From assembly GCA_044892505.1 (NCBI GenBank), contig CM097882.1, positions 471,386,001 through 471,450,000 of the forward strand: a DNA stretch of 64,000 nucleotides, written 5' to 3'. Below the pieces are notes generated by a model. The model searched no databases and was not told the DNA's origin. It worked only from the letters and a program-made list of their open reading frames with translations. Numbering within the stretch: position 1 is the stretch's first letter; every line of letters begins with the position of its first letter. The position numbers and the translations under genes were made by a program. The DNA comes from Schmidtea nova (lineage: Eukaryota). This document shows, piece after piece, positions 58,579 through 64,000 of the stretch.

Positions 58579-60949
58579 CACATTAAAGGAACAACATTGT
58601 GAATCTGTAATAATTTCTTTAGGTAATTTGTATTTGTTGTATTTGAATAAATTCTTTGAACCAGTGTTATCTTATTTATTTATATAAGATACCAAGTTGA
58701 GATTCTGGGAACCTCAACATAAATATTTCCAGAATTTATCTCCGGAAGCTCTTGCTTTGATATAAATATCATTTTGTAAAGTAATAATTTCTGCTTCAAG
58801 TGTAATGTTATCCATATCGAAATAAGTTGAAAAGTTTTCTGCAATTGTTTCTGCTTTAATATTGCTATCAAATGGAAAACTCATAAATATAACTACATTA
58901 ACAAGTTTTTTTTATAAATCTTCTAAACGGTTACCAAATTGTTCAATAACGTTCTGAATTTCTTTGACATATTTATTTTCATCATAATTAGTAGAAGCAG
59001 AACTTTTAAATTACACCAAGATGTTTGGAAAATTACCTTTGATACAAGCAGATTTAATTTTTCTCTGAAATCACTTACAGCAATGATCAAATGAAAAATT
59101 ATTTTTTAGGACCTTGCAGTTCTAAATTTAAGTCATTTAATTTAGCAGTTATATCGGTTAAAAATGCCAAATCTAATAACCAAATATCGTCATTTAATTG
59201 CATGTAATCATCACCTCTTTCGCGAAGAAATTGCTTAATTTGATTGATTATATCTCTAAATCGCTGGAGAAATTTTCCTCGACATAAGTATGCATGAGCA
59301 GTTCAGATGGTCCACCATCATTAGTTTCTTCCACCTGTAGTTTGAAAAGGCGCGAATTGAATTAGAAATTTTGAAAGCTATATTCATAATTTTTTGAATA
59401 TTTATAACTTTAGCACACAGCACTGATGTATTATACAATGATTTTGTAAGAAATAGGGAAAATCTTCATCATTTCGACATAGTGCGATGAAACCATGTCG
59501 ACAACCTGTCATTGCTGGTGCTCTCTCCGTGGTAATTGAAACTATTTTATAGTGTGGAAATTTATCAATTTTATAAAAGGTTTTAAAACTAGTAAATAGA
59601 TCTTCACCTCGAGTTTTTCCTTTAAATGGAATGATTGAAAGTATTTCTTCTTTAGTCGAAAAGTCTTTAAAAACCATTCTAATGAAAATAATCATTTGAG
59701 ATTTGTCAACTGCATAAGTAGACTCATCCAACTGAATTGAAAAATCTGAACAATTCGTAATGTCCTTCATTAATTGTTCTTTTAAATTTGAACTTGTTTG
59801 GGCCACTCGCTTTGCAACTGTATTGCGTGATAACTGTAAATCGTTGATCGCAGAAACTATTTTGACTTATTTTTATAGTCACAAAATAAACAGTCAGCAG
59901 CTTCTAAAAATGTATGTTTTAAAATGGCACCATTACTACATGGTTTTTTATTTTTACCAAGAAAATAGCATACTTGTAAAGAATAAATTGTAGCCGACTT
60001 TGATTTTAATGTTTTTTAGTGATAATTAATTGTTACGATGAAAGACACGCCTTAAGTTCAGTTATTTTAGCTTTTTGTAAATCACTTTTCGGCGGATAAT
60101 TAATCTCATACTTATTATGCACCGTTTTGAAATGTCGTTCCAAATTTTCTTTCTTCGGTAATTAAACACTATTATTACAAATTAAAAAACATAATTTATT
60201 TTTTTATCATAATAAAGAAATAATCGTGCTCCCATTCTTCATGATAGTGATATGTTTTAATCTTTTTAGAATTATTCAGTGTAACAATTTAAAATAATTT
60301 CAATTAATGTTAATTTGATTACTATTACGTGTAACAAACAAATGAGTTTGTATTCAATGATAACTAGATTCAAACAATTAAAAAAAATTCAAAAAATACA
60401 AAAATATGAAATATTTTCAAATCCATTCAAATCCATTCCAAATCTACTTGGCAAATATCCAATCCTACAAAATGAATAAAATATAGTAGAGCCATCTCTT
60501 ATTTAATAGTTTCTTATTGTGATTTTTTGTACGTATTTAGTACAAATAGTTTTTGATTCTTGAAATTGAAAATGACAATTTGAAAGGAAATAAATATCTG
60601 CAATATGAATATTTATTTCTGATCGACCTAACATCATTACGCGATCGACCGGTAGATTGCTATTAGACGTTATTGACATCTCTGCTCTATTCAATTGTTA
60701 ACTCGTGCTTGTTAAAATATTCTTAAATATATAAAAAGAAATTGTTTGAATAATATTAAAATTTGTATTGTGTTTAAAAATATAGTTTATGAAACTATGG
60801 ATTTTCTTAATTTAAGAAACTAAACAAATAAAATGGTGACCGCAGTGCCCAATTTTATCGAAGCAACCGAAAATTTTAAGATGGGAACCTGATGTCGAAG
60901 AGACAGAGAGATATTTAGAGTTAATGTCGATAGCTGAAGACTTCAAAGA

Positions 60950-61370
60950 AGAATGTAATTAGAAACTATGATTTAACCAACGTAAAACAAAATTATATGA
61001 TTAGGCTAAGAGGAGTCTTCAGAAAACAACAGAATCTGATGGAAGACCAAAGTGAAGCACAAGAATATAGACAAAGTCATAATTTTTACGGCCAAATATT
61101 TGAGGACAATTGATTTAGGGAATGCGTTCTATCAAGTGGAGCTCGATGAAGAACCAATACTGAAGACATCATTTTCTACCAAAAACTAACTATATTGCTT
61201 TAATTGGATACCATATGAGATAGCAGCAGCTCTCGCAACTTTTCAAAAATTAATGAACATGGTATTAGATGAACTTAATAGACAAATAGTGATAGTGTAT
61301 TTCTACGATATTCTTATATTTTTAAAATATTTTAAAATACACTATAAAAATATCGAGAATGTTTTCAGAT
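60950..61370 (+). pseudogene. Decayed Gypsy RT fragment
   Basis: IDLGNAFYQVEL..KTSFSTK..IAAA..TFQKLMN..VYF.DIL; related to the element at 34688-40619. Confidence 0.8.
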
Positions 61371-62800
61371 ATGTAAAGATAATATTATTTTATATATGTG
61401 ATTATTCAAATTATACCTAGGAACAAGAAAATACTTGGTTTACTACGTCCAGGTAATAGGAGGATACATAAAGATCCAGCCTTTATCAGGTGTATATTTG
61501 ATAAAATATTTTTTATTGTTGTAATTATTTTTTTTCTTAATGCTTTATTATTAAATATTTTAAACGAATTAATAACAATAATTTTATAATATTAATACTT
61601 GTTAATAAATTAAGTGGTATATTTTATGATTTTTTATATTTAAGGTACTCTTTATGCATAGTTTTGAAATGAATCGAACCACAACATTAATTGTCATAAG
61701 ATTATGAAAATATATTATAAATTGAACCATTGTAGACAGAAATGATACTTTTATATAATATGTCAAACACGCGAATCGACACGTTTTACCGAAATTTATG
61801 TTCGTCATAGTGATCATTTGTATATTCTCAAAAATACCAAATAATCTGTTTTTAGTAAAATCATTAAAAGGAAAGCATCGGTTTGATACGATTCAAGGTC
61901 TATTAAAATAAGGAAAAAATATTATATCAGAAAACAATTCAAAATACCATGAAGTAATACAAAGTATTACATAATAGATTTTTGAATCACATGCAATATT
62001 ACTTATTTTTGGATAAATCAAATCCAACTGTCGACGGGGGGTAGATTATATAGATTTTTGTATGAAATAACGTTATGGTATACAATTTAGACTATTTTAG
62101 TTGTGATCCAGACACCTCATAATGTCCTCACAAGAGCCCACGCTTAAAACTAGTATATAAAGAAGCTGAAAATCATTCGAAAACTAACTCGGATTTTAAT
62201 TCTAACCGACTCCTGGTTTGCGTGAATATTTCCAGACAAATATTTTGTTTTGTTCATTTGATCTTTTTAAATCGAAATAAGCAAGCACTTTTTGAGTTAA
62301 AACAAATTTTTCTATGTCAAATAAAACATCTTTTCGATTTTTATTTTTCTTCATTTAAATCAAGGTTTGGCAAACCCACAGCTAATTGCAAGAAAATTGA
62401 CGGCTCACGAAACATTTTATAAATATTTTTAAAATATACTAAATATCAAAAAAAAAAATAATTAAAGAAAGATATATTTGTAACTTTAAATCATTTTCAG
62501 TGTAAATGAAAATGTTATTTTATTTCCCCTTCATTTAACTTATCCAAAATAAATATCAGTACTTCTTTTTTTAGTAACCTCGACATGTATTGATTTTTCA
62601 AATATTAACAAATGATATAGGTTCATATAAATTAAATATTTGTTGTAATGTAGGATAATAAATGTAGTGCCTCCATATATCTATTTAATTATTTATTTAT
62701 TTATAATTTTATTTAAAATTTTAATTTAATTATTTATTTCTTAAAATTTTATTTATAATGAAAATAAACATATATAATTTTATCATAATTATCTTTTTTT

Positions 62801-62930
62801 ATTATTATTATCAATAATTCTCATAATGATGACTATAGATCAAATTTTTTTTTAAACAATACCAATTGTGGTATTGTTTAAAAAAATTTGATCTATAGTC
62901 ATCATTATGAGAATTATTGATAATAATAAT
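62801..62930. repeat. Near-perfect palindrome made from a Penelope family 1 3' end
   Basis: Arms 62801-62864 and 62869-62930, loop ATTG; arm sequence matches 6445-6500. Confidence 0.9.
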
Positions 62931-64000
62931 ATATAATTTTATTTATAATTAAAAAGCAGTTGTTTTAAAAAGGACAGAAAAATTAGTGGATTAAAAAAAG
63001 CACGAATAAAGAAGCAGATTAAAATAAGCACAGAAAAGTTTTGTCGAAAAAGCACAAGAAGAAACCATAAAAATAAATGTTATATTTTATCGTATTGAGT
63101 ATAGGGGTATCGGCAACGAAAGTCGTAACTCCAACAATAAAGAAATGAAATAAATTTTATTTAAAAAACTGATTTGTGAATTTTTCGTGACTCATGAAAT
63201 TTTAGACGTTTTAGTTTTGGCTCTTCCTTTGATTTAGGTTGGCCAGACTTAATTTAAATGCTTGTATGGTATTCTCGCCCAAGACAAATTCAAGACTACT
63301 TCAAATTTATCAAACAACTACTTCAATGACTTTGACTAACTAAGCAGCGAACATATTATGAATTGTAACTATTAGAGGAATTTCAGTCTGCTTAGGTCAT
63401 TGAAATTCCCAAACTTTAAAAGTATTCAATTTGTTACTTTTTGAAATGATTGAGCATAAGATAAAAGGTGTACTTCTTTGGCGATTCTAATTCGTGGGAC
63501 GAAAAATTGGATAAAGTTTAAAGAACTACATTCAAAATTGAGAGTTGAAAATTATTTAAAATAACGAACGCAATTGTTCAAGCAGAAGATAAACTAAGTT
63601 CGATCGGTTCAAGCATAGCTGTCGCCTCCCCTGCATCACATGCAGTTACAGGGGCTTCACAAATATGATGGGAAAAGATTTATCCAACTTCTCTAAAATG
63701 TAGAAGTATGAAAGAAATCAGAATTACAGTTTAGAGATGGATCTAGGTCCCAAACAACGCACAAAACAGCTGTAGTTTAGGACAGGCAGTATATTGTTTG
63801 TTCATGTTCTACAAATGGAAATCACAAATTGCACGCGGATACCGTAAGTCCAGCGCAGACTAAACTGGTCTTATTCGAAAGTTCTACTATTGAAGTTGCG
63901 CATAACATTCACCTGAGGGGCCCCATTCCGAAATGTTGCAAAGGACCTCCAGAAAGCTTGCGACGACTCTGTGTTCTAGTTAGCTAAGTTCATGTAAGAC

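Larger units (their letters stand above)
49757..58719. mobile_element. TGTT..AACA-bounded insertion (probable solo LTR) inside the hAT transposase
   Basis: 4-bp TSD TAAA on both sides; removing it rejoins the hAT reading FWKYL/EEDKY; no long TIR. Confidence 0.75.
49129..60684 (-). mobile_element. hAT (Buster/SPIN, GTF2IRD2-like) transposon split by nested insertions
   Basis: TIR CAGAG(G/A)TGTCAA at both ends and perfect 8-bp TSD CTCTATTC (49121-49128; 60685-60692). Transposase N-part ~60240-58720 (FSIQLDEST, HCIIHQ, ..FWKYL) joins C-part 49756-49590 (EEDKY..CAENLYACF.STFFCESAFSHMKIIKSKY). Confidence 0.93.

Overview
Very AT-rich eukaryotic (animal-like) genomic DNA with spliceosomal introns and three assembly gaps (30370-30538, 31655-32035, 45711-45851). 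It is dominated by mobile elements. The one clearly host-type gene is a NIPA-family Mg2+ transporter on the minus strand: three exons are visible, with a 44-nt intron and a ~9.6-kb transposon-filled intron; its 3' exons were not found in the window. The elements include Penelope-like elements (two families), two Ty3/Gypsy elements, a BEL/Pao remnant, pogo/Tigger, hAT, piggyBac and Merlin DNA transposons, and an 11.5-kb nested stack whose levels can mostly be verified by target-site duplications (TSDs). Highlights: (1) a tandem 383-bp array (44963-45710, running into a gap) carries a textbook type I hammerhead ribozyme in each unit, i.e. a retrozyme-like array, and each unit also has an exact 13-nt match to the U1 snRNA 5' end held in a hairpin; (2) variant minimal hammerheads lie in the terminal repeats of both Penelope families; (3) a decayed endogenous Polinton/Maverick (adintovirus-type) capsid module sits next to a TATA-binding-protein-like ORF and orphan ORFs; (4) host gene fragments lie inside or beside elements (acid phosphatase in a Gypsy pol with a 9-bp TSD; a GBF1 N-terminus between direct repeats). 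All protein identifications are by eye from remembered motifs; no searches were run.
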